Shown piece by piece: positions 1-12,227 of a stretch of DNA of 64,000 nt; the stretch's first letter is position 1; each line of letters opens with the position of its first letter. The stretch comes from Gracilinanus agilis (lineage: Eukaryota): assembly GCF_016433145.1 (NCBI RefSeq), contig NC_058131.1, positions 27,708,992-27,772,991 of the forward strand, read 5' to 3'. The notes under the pieces were generated by a model. It saw only the letters and a list, made by a program, of their open reading frames with translations. It searched no databases and was not told the origin of the DNA. A program made the position numbers and the translations under genes.

Positions 1-195
1 GGGTGATTTGGAGATAGAAGGTACCATCAGCATTAGGCAGGGTACCACTGGAGCTCTCTTTCCCCCAGATGGCTTGTTCAGTGTCCTTTTTCCAGATTAA
101 CATGATGAATCTGGGGTAGAAGCCTGTGACCAAGCAGGAGAAGGTGATGGTGCCATTGGGAGAATCATGGCGGGACACAAATACCTCGGGTGGCA
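1..195 (-). CDS. Gene A (MHC class I-like, probable UT family) alpha3 / Ig C1 exon, 5' part; continues beyond the window start
   Basis: Not in the ORF track. Reverse complement after acceptor cttag (AG at 197-196) reads stop-free (L)PPEVFVSRHDSPNGTITFSCLVTGFYPRFIMLIWKKDTEQAIWGKESSSGTLPNADGTFYLQIT. Contains the C1-set CxxxGFYP and LPNxDGTF motifs and matches the alpha3 exons of genes B and C. Confidence 0.95.
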
Positions 196-559
196 CTAAG
201 GGAAGACAGTAAGAGAGAAGGAATCATACCTAAAGTTCATTAGAATCCTCCTTTCTTCTTGGCCTTACCCTCCCTCAATGCCCTGCCTCTTCATTAACTT
301 GCTATCTAGTCCTTTTCTCCTTCTGCCTCAGTACCTAGGACAGTTCTCTGCTTACTGCGATTTTTGTTTTTAGCTATTAGAGACTTCTCTAAAATTACCC
401 TCCATGTGTTCTGTAAATCTCTGGTATATACAAGTTATTTACATATAGTCCTCATGAGTAGAATAAGAACACCTTGAGAGCAAGGAACATTTCACCATTA
501 AAAAATTCCCTAACATTAGTTCAGTGCCTGGTATATGAGTTTAATAAGTGCTTATTCTA

Positions 560-790
560 TTAAATATTGATTGTTAGTTTTAGTTACATGATTATGAGTT
601 ACTTGATCATTTCTAATTATAATAAAATTATAATTTTTACTAATGATAATAAAATAATACTTTATATATATTTATATATGTTTATACACATAATTACTAT
701 ATATTATATTACTATATTAAAAGTAATACTTTATATAATTATTATATCTTAATATATTAAAATAATAAACTAATAAAACATTAATAAATA
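560..790. repeat. AT-rich low-complexity tract
   Basis: Almost only A/T (tata/taat runs); explains the spurious ORF 567-752. Confidence 0.8.
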
Positions 791-2066
791 GAATGGGCTA
801 CCAGGGAAGGGATTGGTTTTAGTCTTTTTATAATCTTCAAACAAAGGCTATTTGAACTATTATTGAATATATTTTTGAGGGAGTTATTTTTCAGGGTTGA
901 GGTCGCCTGTGAAGTCCTTATCAGCTCTGAAGTTCTGAGAGTTTGTCAGATCAGAAGATGTCCAAGCCAATGACAAGTGGTCATAAGCAGCCAACTTGTT
1001 CTAAGAAATTGAGTGTAGAGTTTTATTTGATATTCAATACTTGTGAAGATTGGAGATCTTCATCCCATCAACAATAATCCTAATCCTTCCAGAATGTTTT
1101 CTATGGGTATTCATCATTTTCTGCAGCTCATGGAATTCATCAAGGGGGATGGTATGGGAACATGATTCTAAACCTTTCAGATATTAGTTAACCAAACAAT
1201 ACCTAGTCTGTCTCCAACCCTGTTCTCAAAGCTTCACTTGCTAGATAGGATTGACCAGAAACAATATTTACTTGCCTTTGCCTTAAATCAAGATTCCCCA
1301 CCTATGAGCCATGAATGAAGAGAGACTGATTTTATTGGGTCAATTTTATTCAATGATTCAGTGAAATAAATGGGGTTACAGGACCTTAAGTCCATATGCC
1401 ATAAGGGAAAGGATGATGAGCTAGAGTCAAAGACTTTGACAGATGGAAATCCTGACTCTACCATTTGTGCAACCTCAAACAAAACACTTCCTTACTCTGG
1501 ACCTCAGTTTCTTCTGTAGTAACATGAAAGAGGCTGAACTACATGGCCTTGAAAGTCTGTTACAAGCTCTAAATCTATGAACTATGTAGAACTATAAGAG
1601 AACTTAGAAACAACCTATTCAAATTCTGTCATTTTACAGATGGAAAAACTAAGGCCCAGGGAAATCAAGTGAGTTGTCATGATTCAGATCTCAGATGAAC
1701 ACCTTTGATCTTTCCACTGTCAATATTTCCAGAAACAATAAAATATATGTCTTGTGATATATATTAGTTTTCATTAGTGTCAAGCAAAAAGAGTAAAACC
1801 TTGAAAATATTACTGAATTTGTACATTTTTAATATCATGTTTCAGAGAATAGCTAGAACAAAGGATATCAGGGAAACATACAAATGGCAAGGAGGTTAGC
1901 CTGGTCACATGGCAGGAGAGAAGGGTGGCCAGAATGAGGGTGACAAGAATATACCCACCATTTTCCTGGTGATGTCAGGAGAAAGCAAGGAAAGCATATT
2001 GAGTGGTTCCCCTGTGTACAACATATGGAAGGACATGGATAAGAGTGCCTTAAGATAGGCAATGAT

Positions 2067-2709
2067 GAATTAAGGTAATTATTAAGAACTATTTTGGCCA
2101 ATTATGTGGCAATAAATATGACAATCTAGGTGAAATATGTGAACATTTACAAAAATATAAATTGCCTAGATTAACAAAAGAGGAAATTGAATAATTAAAC
2201 AATCCTATCTCAGAAAAGAAATTGAACGATCTATCAAGGAACTTCCTAAGAAAAAATCCCTAGGGCTAGATGAGTCATAAGTGAATTCTATCAAACATTT
2301 AAAGAACAACTAATCCCAATACTACATAAACTATTTGACAAAATAAGCAAAGATATAAGGTAATGGACTTCTCTACTAGCAGCAGTACAATGATCCAGGT
2401 CAATTCTGAGAGACTTATGAGAAAGAACACTATCCACATCTAGAGAAAGAACTGGGAAGCAGAAACACAGAAGAAAAGCATAGGCTCGATCATGTGGTTC
2501 AATGAGGATTTGATTGGGAATGAAGACTCTAAATGATCACTCAATTGCAAATATTAATAATATGGAAATAGGTTTTGAATAATGAGACATGTAAAACCCA
2601 GTGGAATTGCTCATTGGCTCCAGGAGTGGGGAGGGGAGAGAAAGAACATGAATCATGGAGCCATGAAAAAATCTTCTAAATTAATTAATTAAATATTTTT
2701 TAAAAAAAT
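2067..2709 (+). mobile_element. Marsupial L1, composite: ORF2 fragment fused to the 3' end
   Basis: 2067-2353 is a decayed ORF2 (YDNLGE..KYKLPRLT..KKS..EFYQTFKEQLIPIL..LFD); 2360-2700 is an L1 3' end; ataggcaatg(at) direct repeats flank the whole. Confidence 0.85.
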
Positions 2710-2719
2710 ATAGGCAATG

Positions 2720-2927
2720 GGGGCAGCTGGGTAGCTCAGTGGATTGAGAGCCAGGCCTAGAGATGGGAGGTCCTAGGTTCAAATCCGGCCTCAGACACTT
2801 CCCAGCTGTGTGACCCTGGGCAAGTCACTTGACCCCCATTGCCTACCCTTACCACTCTTCCACCTATAAAGTCAATACACAGAAGTTAAAGGGTTTAAAA
2901 AAAATCTATAAAAAAAAAAACAAAAAT
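2720..2927 (+). mobile_element. SINE1_Mdo-type SINE
   Basis: ggggcagctgggtagctcagtggattgagagcc... to an A-rich tail; TSD ataggcaatg. Confidence 0.9.
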
Positions 2928-3351
2928 ATAGGCAATGATAGATGAGATGTGTTCTGTATAATTGAAGGAGACAGTTAAAATAATGGCAAAATCTCTGTGA
3001 ACATGTGACTATTTTCCCCCTCATTCAATACATGCAAATAGTATAACTATAGTAACATGGAAGTTCATGAAATTGACATTTTGTGGGGACTTTTATACTA
3101 AAAAACACTGGGTGATTACTGCCTTAGAAAATCCACAAATACAATGGCAGGACATCAGACTAAAATGGTCATCATCTAAACAAAGTAAGAAAAGAAATTG
3201 TTCTCATTTCTATGATGCCTGCTGTTTTATCAATAGAGGAAATTTCATTCACATCTCCTACTACTTAACTCCAGGGATTCATCTTCTTTACAACAGTAAG
3301 GGAAATATGACTGTACCTCCTGGAAGGAGATAGAGAAGAAAGGGAACTCAC

Positions 3352-3618
3352 GGTTTTCCTTCATGGTGGAATTCTGAAGAACTTTCTGAACTACACCAAC
3401 ACAATATTTCTTAACATAACGTTTTCTCAAATTAGTCCAGAAGAGGCTTTCCACAATGGGTTTCAAGTTTTCAGCCCTAGGGCTCTGGACCACCCAGTGT
3501 CTTTGATGTTCATCAAACTCAATCATAGTCTCTCCAACCAAGCCAATTCGTATTTTGCTATTCAACTTGATGTCATCATCTAATTCACAGCCTAATATGT
3601 ACTGCATTGTGTTATTTC
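3352..3618 (-). CDS. Gene A alpha2 exon (267 nt)
   Basis: ccag|GA acceptor (AG 3620-3619) and C|gtgagt donor. Protein (R)NNTMQYILGCELDD...HW...FWTNLRKRYVKKYCVGVV...KEN has the two alpha2 cysteines; phase 1/1. Confidence 0.95.
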
Positions 3619-4442
3619 CTGGAGGAGATAGAGAAATATGGGATACTTTTAGAGCAAATGGTACAGGAGAAGTTGATGGAGATAGTTTCTCTTGTTGGGC
3701 CCAGAAGTCATAAGGTTTATTTGGTTAACTTTGGGAATCACTTGTGTATCAGGTGCAATTATTGTGGCATCCTGTAGGAATATCACACTTCCAGCCTAGG
3801 AAGTATTATGGCCAGGCTAAGGACCTGTTAAAAGAAAGAGAAGATTAGGAGTCAATTATAATTCGACCTTTGATATGCATTCCTACTTATTTTTCTGCAC
3901 TCTATTCCTTCTGAATCTATATATGGCCTTTTCTTTTGCTTATAGACATTAGAATAACCACATTCCTGTGGTTTTGAATAGGTCAGTGGTAAGAAATAAA
4001 GGAAAAAAGAAAGTACATGTTGGAAGCCATTACCAGGAGGTGGTAGCATCAGTAGATGAGTTGTAACAGGGACTCAGAGATCAAGTAGAATTGACCCTTG
4101 AATTCAGGGAACAAGGGAGGTTTGGTAAAAAGTTTAATAGCTTGAGTTCAGATTCAATGATCAAGAAAACTTGGGAAGGGGTAAAATGTGAAAATTTCTT
4201 GGTTAAGGAGAAACATTTCCAATGGAGGATTTGGGAAAGGTTCTGGGAAGGAGGTTCTGGGAGGCATGTAGTTTGATGAATACTTCACTGCCCCTTTCCT
4301 TCAAATAAAGGATCAGTGTCCTGAGCCTCTGGACATAACAAATATGTCTGGTTCCTGGAGATTGATCCATCAGATTTCGGTGAATGGAGATAAGTTGGGA
4401 TGAGGAGAAATGTGGAGGTGGGAATAAGTGAGACCAACTTAC

Positions 4443-4703
4443 TCTCAGTCTTGGTGTCATTTCCTGTCAAGAAATGGATCAAGGAATGGGCATCCCTCTC
4501 ATGACTCTTTATCAAATGACACATCTCTTCAATGAAGTCAATCCCCAGCGCATCAGAGATCCAATCTACCTTTACTGCAAACTGATGGTTCAGTTTGTAA
4601 TAGGAAATCCACTGAATGTCATCAATAACTGCAAGACCAGTGAAGTCCAAGAGAGAGCTGTCTGTGCTCACTGCAGTGAATTTAAGTTCATTCCAGTGGT
4701 AAA
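4443..4703 (-). CDS. Gene A alpha1 exon (261 nt)
   Basis: tttag|TT acceptor and A|gtaagt donor. Protein (V)YHWNELKFTAVS...IDDIQWISY...DWIS...GNDTKTE has class I alpha1 hallmarks (H3, FTAV, DD29-30, W51, C-terminal sequon). Confidence 0.94.
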
Positions 4704-6463
4704 CTAAATGGCAGAGAAGGGGAAAGCAGGTCATATACTGGGCCAGTCAGAAGCCTAAATTCTCCTCCCACCTTCCACCTGTCACTATGATTTTCTATCA
4801 TTATCAGATTAGAGAGGGTCAGGAATGACCTGAGAGTTGCTCTAAAAGAAGATAATGCACCCAAATGAGCTTTCAGTGAGTGCCTATCAAAGGACTAGAC
4901 ACAAACCAGGGCTCAATAAGAGCTTGCTAATAAGAGTTTATGTAGAGTTATCTGTTATATTTGGAATAAGCTTTTTGCTAAGTCAGTTCAACTGATGATA
5001 TCTTCTCTATCAAAATCCATAAAGGACTAAATGAGGAGTAAAGAGAACTATGAGAAGGAGCATTAAAATTGTTAGTACAGAGGGGAAGGCAACACTCCTG
5101 AACTGGAAGAAGGGAAATGCAGAAAGTACATTTGTTGTGCCAAGAATAGAAAATAGTTTCCCCCCCATGCTGAAGCACTCACAGCAGTAAATGTATAATG
5201 CAGGAATTCAATGTCATTGTTGTTGCTGTGGTAGAGAATGACTTCTTCTGTGACTGCAGAGGGTGATGTAGCATGAGCAAAGAGCAGTAAAGAATCAAGT
5301 AGAATTCTGAAAGTAAGGAGAGAAAGCAGTTCCAGTGTGTTATAATGCATTTTAACTTTGTCTTCTTGAGCTTTTCTGGAAATTTTCCCTGTGGAAAGGA
5401 AAACCAGAAGAATGTCTGCTAACTGTGACATGCCAATAACATCTGGCCGATTAGTCATGTCGTTGCTAGATTGCCTTGAGTTGTCAGAAAAGTTGCTACA
5501 TAGTGCTGTGACTTATAAAAAGCCTATGCTTCCATCTTGAGAGGAAGCACCATAACCACAAGTCTGAGATCAAGGACTTTAAATGGAGGACAGAGGTGGA
5601 GGGATCCAAGATCCCAAGCCAAGTGCAGGGGAGCAATAAACAGCAAGCAGCTGGTATAACACGTGGGGAAGAATATCAGTAGTGGGATGGTCAGGGAAGA
5701 ATATCCAGGAAAAGGGGAAGCAATTACTTGAGAAATAAACAGAGAGCTCGCTAGACACTTTAATGTACAGAGGAAAAGAAGAAGTCACAGACATCACTCA
5801 GATTTTGTGGAATGTGACCCCAAATTGGAAGATAACAATGGAATGGTCCACCTTAACCAAAAAGAAGAGATTAAATAAAAGGTTGATGGTTATAGGATTG
5901 TATATCCAGATGTAGAAATCTCCAAGGAAGAAATCAATGCAGTAAGGAGAGGAGGGAACATGGTAGAAGGCATTCATCAATGATAACTATTAGGAAAAAT
6001 GGAAGTGATATGATATCCATTTGATACCAACAGGATCACCCAGTTAATGACCTTCTGAAAGAAAATATGAAGCTGATTCAGAAGCAAAATAGAAAGTTGA
6101 ACACAGAATAACATGAAGGTATCCACTTGAACCTGTGCTCTGAGAAAAGTAAAGTAGCTATGGAATTTTCAGCATTCAGAAGGTGAAGAAGTGATGAGGT
6201 AAATTGCTATTCTGTTCCTGATTTTGACCCATGAGAAAGGAATGATTATTGATATAGAGATGACTGAAACCTTGTGACCATGTTATCTTACAGATGCAGA
6301 TAGAAAGTGTTAAAAAGAAGGTGAATATATCTCTCTTGATCTCTTGAAAATGGATGGTATAGATGGATCTCAGAGATAATATGGATGGAGGAGGAATAAT
6401 ATGCCCAGGCCTAAGCTGGCTATAATTGGTGAGGGAGAAAGCACACTCTCTTCTCACAGTTAT

Positions 6464-7698
6464 TGTTGGTATAATCTATGCCTCTCCTCCCTGACAAGCT
6501 TGGTTGGATAAGCTTGTCAGTTATCCCCTTTCTATCAGTTTGCCCAGGCAGGAAACCCTGAGAAGTTGTGTGGATGGTTAACCTCTCTAGGTCCCAACAT
6601 GAGATTGGATTAGTTGTTGATAAGGGCTATTGATTTGCTATTGGAAACATTGCAATCTGATTGCATATTGATCTCCCCTTCCCAAGTTGGGCTTTGGTAT
6701 AATAACCACTCAGGAAAGGTACTTGTTGGGCTTTGGTATAATAACCACTCAGGAAAGGTACTTGTTGATAAACACTATATTGAATCTATTGATGGAGTAA
6801 GGAAACACAGTAACAGGATTGAGGATTTAGGAAACCCTATTGCTAATTATTGACTATTAATCTAAGTTGTTGATCAAGGTCTGGAGATTGCTAGGTTTGT
6901 AGAAACTGGAGGTTCTTCACCCTCTCACTAACTCTGACCTGACTTGGCCACAACCAAGCCAGAGTTTAGGGAAGGCTATTTGATGATGTTGATAGATGAA
7001 TCAGTAAACTCTCTCAGCTCTAATAATAATGATGGTGATTGTTCTCTAGCAGTCTCAGAAGGATAACAGATTACAGGTTTCAGGTCTACCCTTCACCCTT
7101 GTTATATTCAAATCCTGAGAAATGTTGGAGTCACCTTGATTGACAAGGGAGGCAGTTGGAGAGATTGGAATGTTCCCAGATGCCTTAAGTCAGGAGCAAA
7201 GTCAGTTGGCCTGGGAGTATAAATACCCCTAACAGCCACCTGGAGGAGTTCTTGCTCTGATTTTGGACTTTGATCTCTTAGATCTTTAGGTCTCTGAATC
7301 TTCCTAGCTTTTAAGTCTCTGGGTCCCTGGGTGGTGAAGGGAGGAAGGGAGGTCTGAAGAAGCAGAGGGTGGGTAGGATCTATATATTTCCTGAAGGCTG
7401 TGAGAGCTAGTACATCTCCTAACATTGATAAGAAAGCTGAGAGAAATCACCAACACAGCTGCATCAAGGACAGTCACTCTCTGGTTTGGCATTGGCCAGG
7501 CTGAGCCAGAGGGGTTGTGAAGAACAAAAGCTTCTACTTCTACTAAGTCAATAGCATCCAGTCCTAAGTGATTATAGATCATAGATGTTAGATTGACAGG
7601 GTCTCCAATCCCCAATCCTTATCCTGTTTATCCTTTCCCTTATTATAGATTACTGATAAAGTGTTTAATAAATACCTTCCTGAGTGGTCTTTATATCA
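6464..7698 (+). mobile_element. LTR-like element (antisense to gene A, intron 1)
   Basis: TG...CA ends, TATAAATACCCC at 7218-7229, AATAAA near 7669. No PBS recognised and no clear TSD. Confidence 0.5.
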
Positions 7699-8700
7699 GG
7701 ACCATTGGAGAGGGAGCAAACACAGTCAGATAACAAATATGATCCAAGGCTAATCAGAGCCCAATATTAGTAATTTATCCAACCCCAGGTTGGACCTGAA
7801 AGGGTTACCCATCCACCTAACCTTTCAGGGTCCATCTCTGGGCAACTGTTATTGAAAGGGTAAATTATAACAACTAGCAAGGGTGATTGGGGTTGGTGTT
7901 CCCCCGTCACCAGCACCTAGGGAGAATACAAAGATACATCCACCTCACTGGTATCCATACCTCCCTAAGACCTTAGGACTTCTCTTTCTTTATAACAACC
8001 TTCACCTCCCACCTTCCCAAGTCCAGGAACTCATCTGAGTTCCCTTGTGTTGTCACTTGGGGGTATTTATAGGGTTGGGGCCAACTGCTTTTTTGCTCTT
8101 GTCTCATGGCACCTGGGGACATTCTGAGATTCTCAACTGCCGATCCTGTCATTCAAAGTGGCATCCATCTTGTTCCAGATAGTGATTTTTAACAAAAGGA
8201 GGAAAACAAGTATAGTTGGAGGGGCCAAACCATGAATATATGAGACGATATGGCTTAAAGATAACAGAGACCATTTAGGTAAGCAGAGGCAAGTTTTAAT
8301 CTTTCTCATGAGAAAGGAGTATTGCACTAAGGGCAATGCCCAATGCATGGGAGCAGATACAAGCACTTTATAGATTCCTAATACCAGAGTCCCTCTTCTC
8401 TCTGTTTGATCCCCCATAACCTAGGGGCCAAATTTGCAATCTAGACACGAAAGGCTAATCAATTAGAAAAAGACAGGTTACACAGCAGGAGCCCCATCAC
8501 AGCATGGGTTTCATCACAAATTTCAACAGGCTAAGGGGGGAGGTTATGAAGAGGTAGCTATGTCCTTAGGAGTGGCTCTTCTGACTTCCAAAGGTCAGAG
8601 GAGATAAGGAGTTAGAATAGCCTAATGGTTTGCTCTCTTCAAGATAAGAGATCTCTCAACTCACTGGGTCTATGGCAATAACAGAATGTCCTTGAGATCT
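7699..8700 (-). mobile_element. Second related LTR-like element, inverted (outer end approximate)
   Basis: The minus strand carries the same TATAAATACCCC (8071-8060) and similar downstream sequence to the plus-strand copy. Confidence 0.4.
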
Positions 8701-9109
8701 TGTTTTTAGACCCTAAGCAGGTTTTCCTTCTCTAATGAGAGCTATAATAAAATCCCACCCTGAGAAGAACAAATTAATTATTTTCCTTCCACACAATGGA
8801 CACTGGAATAATTTTTTAAAATTCACAAACGAGATAGAGGATCACAGGGTCAATATTTGGGTAACTTGTTTTGATAAATGTGTTCTGGAGAAAAAAACAT
8901 TGAAGATGCTGAAGCAATTAGTTCTGATGAAGAACAAAATGAAACTGTCCTAAGAGAAAGAGAACACTAACTTAAATTCAAATTCTTTTAAAAATGAATG
9001 CTGAAGATGGAAACAAGAGTCAATCAATCAGAATCTGTTTTACAAGAGGAATACAATTTTGTGATCATGATGCCAGTAAAACTAAGGGCAGAACAAGCTA
9101 ATGATTCTT

Positions 9110-9308
9110 TTTTGAAAACCCTTACCTTTCGTCTTGGAATTAATACTGTGTATTGGTTCCAGGGCAAAAGAGTGGTGAGGGCTAGGCAATGGGGGTTAAG
9201 TGACTTGCCCAGGGTCACACAGCTGGGAAGTGTCTAAAGCCAGATTTGAACCTAGGACTTCCTGTCATTAGGCCTGGCCCTCAATCCACTGAGCTACTCA
9301 GCTGACCC
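9110..9308 (-). mobile_element. Opossum-type SINE with TSD
   Basis: Reverse SINE body; flanks caagctaatgattct / caagctaaggattct. Confidence 0.85.
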
Positions 9309-9431
9309 CAAGCTAAGGATTCTAATGAAATGCAAGGAGAACAAAAAGTGTGGTTCTTAAAATATAATTGTATGAGTAAGACAATGGACAAAGAAAAGAG
9401 TGTAAATTTTGCAGATTAAAAAAAACTTTAG

Positions 9432-9615
9432 ATGAATCCTTGCCTTCTATCTTGAAATCAATAAAAGTATTGGTTCCAAAGCAAAAGAGGGGTTAGGCAA
9501 TTGGGGTTAAGTGATTTGCCCAGGGTCACACAGCTATGACGTATTTAAAGCCAGATTTATACCCAAGTCTTCCAGACTCCAGACCTGGCACTTTATCCAT
9601 TGGCACCTAGCTCCC
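9432..9615 (-). mobile_element. Older marsupial SINE
   Basis: Reverse CORE-SINE body (gtgatttgcccagggtcacacagct). Confidence 0.75.
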
Positions 9616-11341
9616 CTCAGATTTCTTTTAAGCTAGGATAGTTGGTATCTTGAATGACCAGGATTGAAAGAGTCTTCTAGAGCTTGTAACAATGAACTAA
9701 AATCTCATTAAAGATCAATCTCATTAAATTTAAAAGTTTGGATAGAAAGTCCTCAATTTCCATTAAACAAATAAATTGTCCAATAGTGGCTGGATATCAA
9801 TTAATGGGGAGAAAAGATCTGAGATTTTATTCCTTCCTATCTTTTCCAATGGTGGAAGGCATAGATGGGGTGAGAGTCAATTTGTGGAGAAGAAAAGAAA
9901 GCAGATGCAATACCCACAAGTTGGAAAGGGAACTTTTGGCTGTGCTCCCTAGAAACTATCTAAGTGAACAGAAAGGAGAGAAGGTGGATACCTCATAATC
10001 TCTGCCAACCCAGCCAGTCAAGTGAGCTATTATGGAAGTGAGGATAAGAGACATGTCTTCCATACACTCATTTGTTTCCAAGATTTTGTTTTCTTTTACC
10101 TGGAAAAGTTTCTTTGGAAATCTTTCAACTCCATCTGAATTGGACTAAGAGGAAAAGGGACCCACCTTAATTAGGATATGGTAGACAAACAGACTTATCT
10201 GCTCTTAGTGACCTGATTAGGTGGTAGCATCAGGAAGGGTTTGCATGTGAGTCCCAAGATAAATTTTGGTGCTGGGACTGACAGAGACAGAAGAGTTAGA
10301 GACAGTTGGGAACAGGACTCCTTCCCTGATATTCTTCCTTCATGGGGCCATTTGCAAATCTGTGCTTTTGGATTAAACTGTTCATCATTATTCTAAAACC
10401 CTTTCTAGCACCTGTATGTTTTATCAAACTGGACTGAGCTCTCTATCCAGTAATGAGGGGACTAAGCTCAGGAGGTCATCCCAGGAAAATATGGTCAAGC
10501 CAAAGCAGCTTTTGATTCTTAAGAAGTCCCCAAAGACTCAAAGTTGGTGGGGAGCTCTGTAGCTCCCTTCTCCAATTCTTATCTGAGCAGAAATCTCTTA
10601 TCAAATCCTTGAAAAGTAATTATCCAGCCTGGTTTACTTGGGACAAATGGGAATGAATTTCAGTGGTCACTTACTATTAATGAACATCCCCTTTCTGGTT
10701 AGTAGGGACCAGTCTTGGCCATCAAAGATCTTAGACTAGTTCCAACTAGGGTCATCCTTTACCTGTGATGTCTGGGACTCCCTCTGTCTAAAATTCAGGG
10801 ATATCAACACAAATGCTGTCCTTACCTGATTAATGATTTATCTGAGGCTACAGAGAAGCAGTTTGAGCTGATTAGACACTGCAAATCTAACAATTCTTGC
10901 TTGATAAAGGCACATAAGCCAGGGAGTTGCCACAAGAGGCACAACTATCATCTCAGGTGAAACTTTCCATTTTCCTGAAACACTTCTCTAATTGACTCTG
11001 ATTGGTTCATAGTCACTTCATATTCATCCCCAGGACTCTATGCCATAGTATTGGCCAGATGCTCCAAGTTGTCTCCTTATTTGTATGCTCTTGTGAGTTC
11101 CTTCAGTCAGTAGCCAGGTTCCCCATCAAACTAGGAGTTTCTTGACATCATAGGGTTTGCTTACTCCCATCAGACTAATCAGTTCTCAGATATTGGAGGA
11201 CAAGGTCTTTCCTATCCAAACCCACAAAGCCAGAGGTTCACTGAAGGGAGTTTGTGTCTGCCTTATCAGATTGGGCTACAGATGAATTTCCCACAACAGA
11301 CCCAGAGTTCCATATCCCTTCCCTTGTTCTCACAGACTCAC

Positions 11342-11426
11342 CTGCCTGTATCTCTCTGAGAGGAAACAGCACCAGAATAAGCAGCCAGAATGAGAATGAC
11401 TCTCTCTTCCCCCACAGAGTTATCAT
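11342..11426 (-). CDS. Gene A leader (signal peptide) exon
   Basis: MITLWGKRESFSFWLLILVLFPLREIQA then G|gtgagt, a phase-1 donor compatible with alpha1. An in-frame upstream ATG at 11462 would add 12 aa. The IQA/TQA-G end is shared with the gene B and C leaders. Confidence 0.85.
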
Positions 11427-11534
11427 CTTGTTCTGTAGGTGACTGTTAGGGCTCCTCACCATTAGCCCACTTATGGGATCTATCAGTCTCCAAACCTCAT
11501 CTGCTTTATAGTGCTTCAGTTGGAATAAAGCTCC

Positions 11535-11540
11535 TTTATA
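11535..11540 (-). promoter_or_regulatory. TATA box candidate of gene A
   Basis: TATAAA on the minus strand about 110 nt upstream of ATG 11426. Gene B has TATATA (42264-42269) at a similar distance from its ATG. Confidence 0.45.
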
Positions 11541-11648
11541 CCCAAGGGCTTCCTTCCCCTGGTGCTGGATCTGCCAAGACTTGTCCTCCTATCACTGCCA
11601 ATGAATATATCTGTCATCAGGAAGAACCTGCCTCTTCCTGGCATGAGT

Positions 11649-11675
11649 AGAAGTGGAACAGAGCCTGTGGTGAGG
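11649..11675 (-). promoter_or_regulatory. Conserved IRF/ETS + RUNX promoter module, gene A copy
   Basis: Plus-strand AGAAGTGGAACAGAGCCTGTGGTGAGG; 24/27 identical and ungapped versus the gene C copy. Confidence 0.7.
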
Positions 11676-11986
11676 ACCAGAAACCCAGAGTGGAGTGTGT
11701 CACAGTGCCATAGGCACAGCTGGCATTTGTAACTGTTAGTTCAATTAAAGAAATGCTAGATCTGAGCAGGGTGATCCACTCTTAGGGAAGTAGTCCTCGG
11801 TAAATTGGGAGAGACAGTTTTGTCCTTAAAGAGTCTCTGTTCTAATGAGGAATTATAGTCCCTTTCCAAAGTGGTCCTCCATCATAAAAGGGAGACAAAA
11901 AAATCCTCACCTTCCTGAAGCCCCAAATCTGAGGAGTCAGACAATCAGAGAGTCCTCACACTGAAATCATCAAGAATTCTGGATGA

Positions 11987-12227
11987 TGTGTAATTGGAAA
12001 ATCTTGAACTCTTGACTTCATCTCCCAGAATCCTTTCCCTTCGTCCATGTAGCATACTTGCATATTGTTTATAAATTGTGTGTAATCTCGCCTTCTCGCT
12101 CTCTTCTCTCACCATCCTGGCTGGGTTAGCTCCCTTTTTACTCTAGCTTTTTTATTTTAGTTATTATTAATAAATCTTATTAAATATAATACTGGGAGTT
12201 ATTGTATATTCATTTTTTAATCTTACA
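11987..12227 (+). mobile_element. Short (about 240 bp) solo-LTR-like repeat
   Basis: TGT...TTACA ends, internal tataaa and aataaa; homologous inverted copy at 17554-17788. Confidence 0.6.

Noticed and set aside
5072-5458. 128-aa minus ORF in gene A intron 1 with a hydrophobic stretch and LHYTFTAVS, resembling a class I alpha1 start or alternative leader
   Set aside because: There is no DD/W51 pattern or rest of alpha1. The nearby gct|gtgagt donor is phase 0 in this frame, incompatible with the phase-1 alpha1 acceptor. Likely coincidence.
5530-6150. Purine-rich, coding-like segment, possibly a decayed retrocopy
   Set aside because: Every plus frame is broken by stops, I recognise no family, and no poly(A) or TSD is evident. 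A tblastx search would decide.
11598-11602. CCAAT/Y-box-like ATTGG in the gene A promoter (possible SXY remnant)
   Set aside because: It is not conserved at the aligned positions of B or C, and no X1/X2 boxes were recognised.
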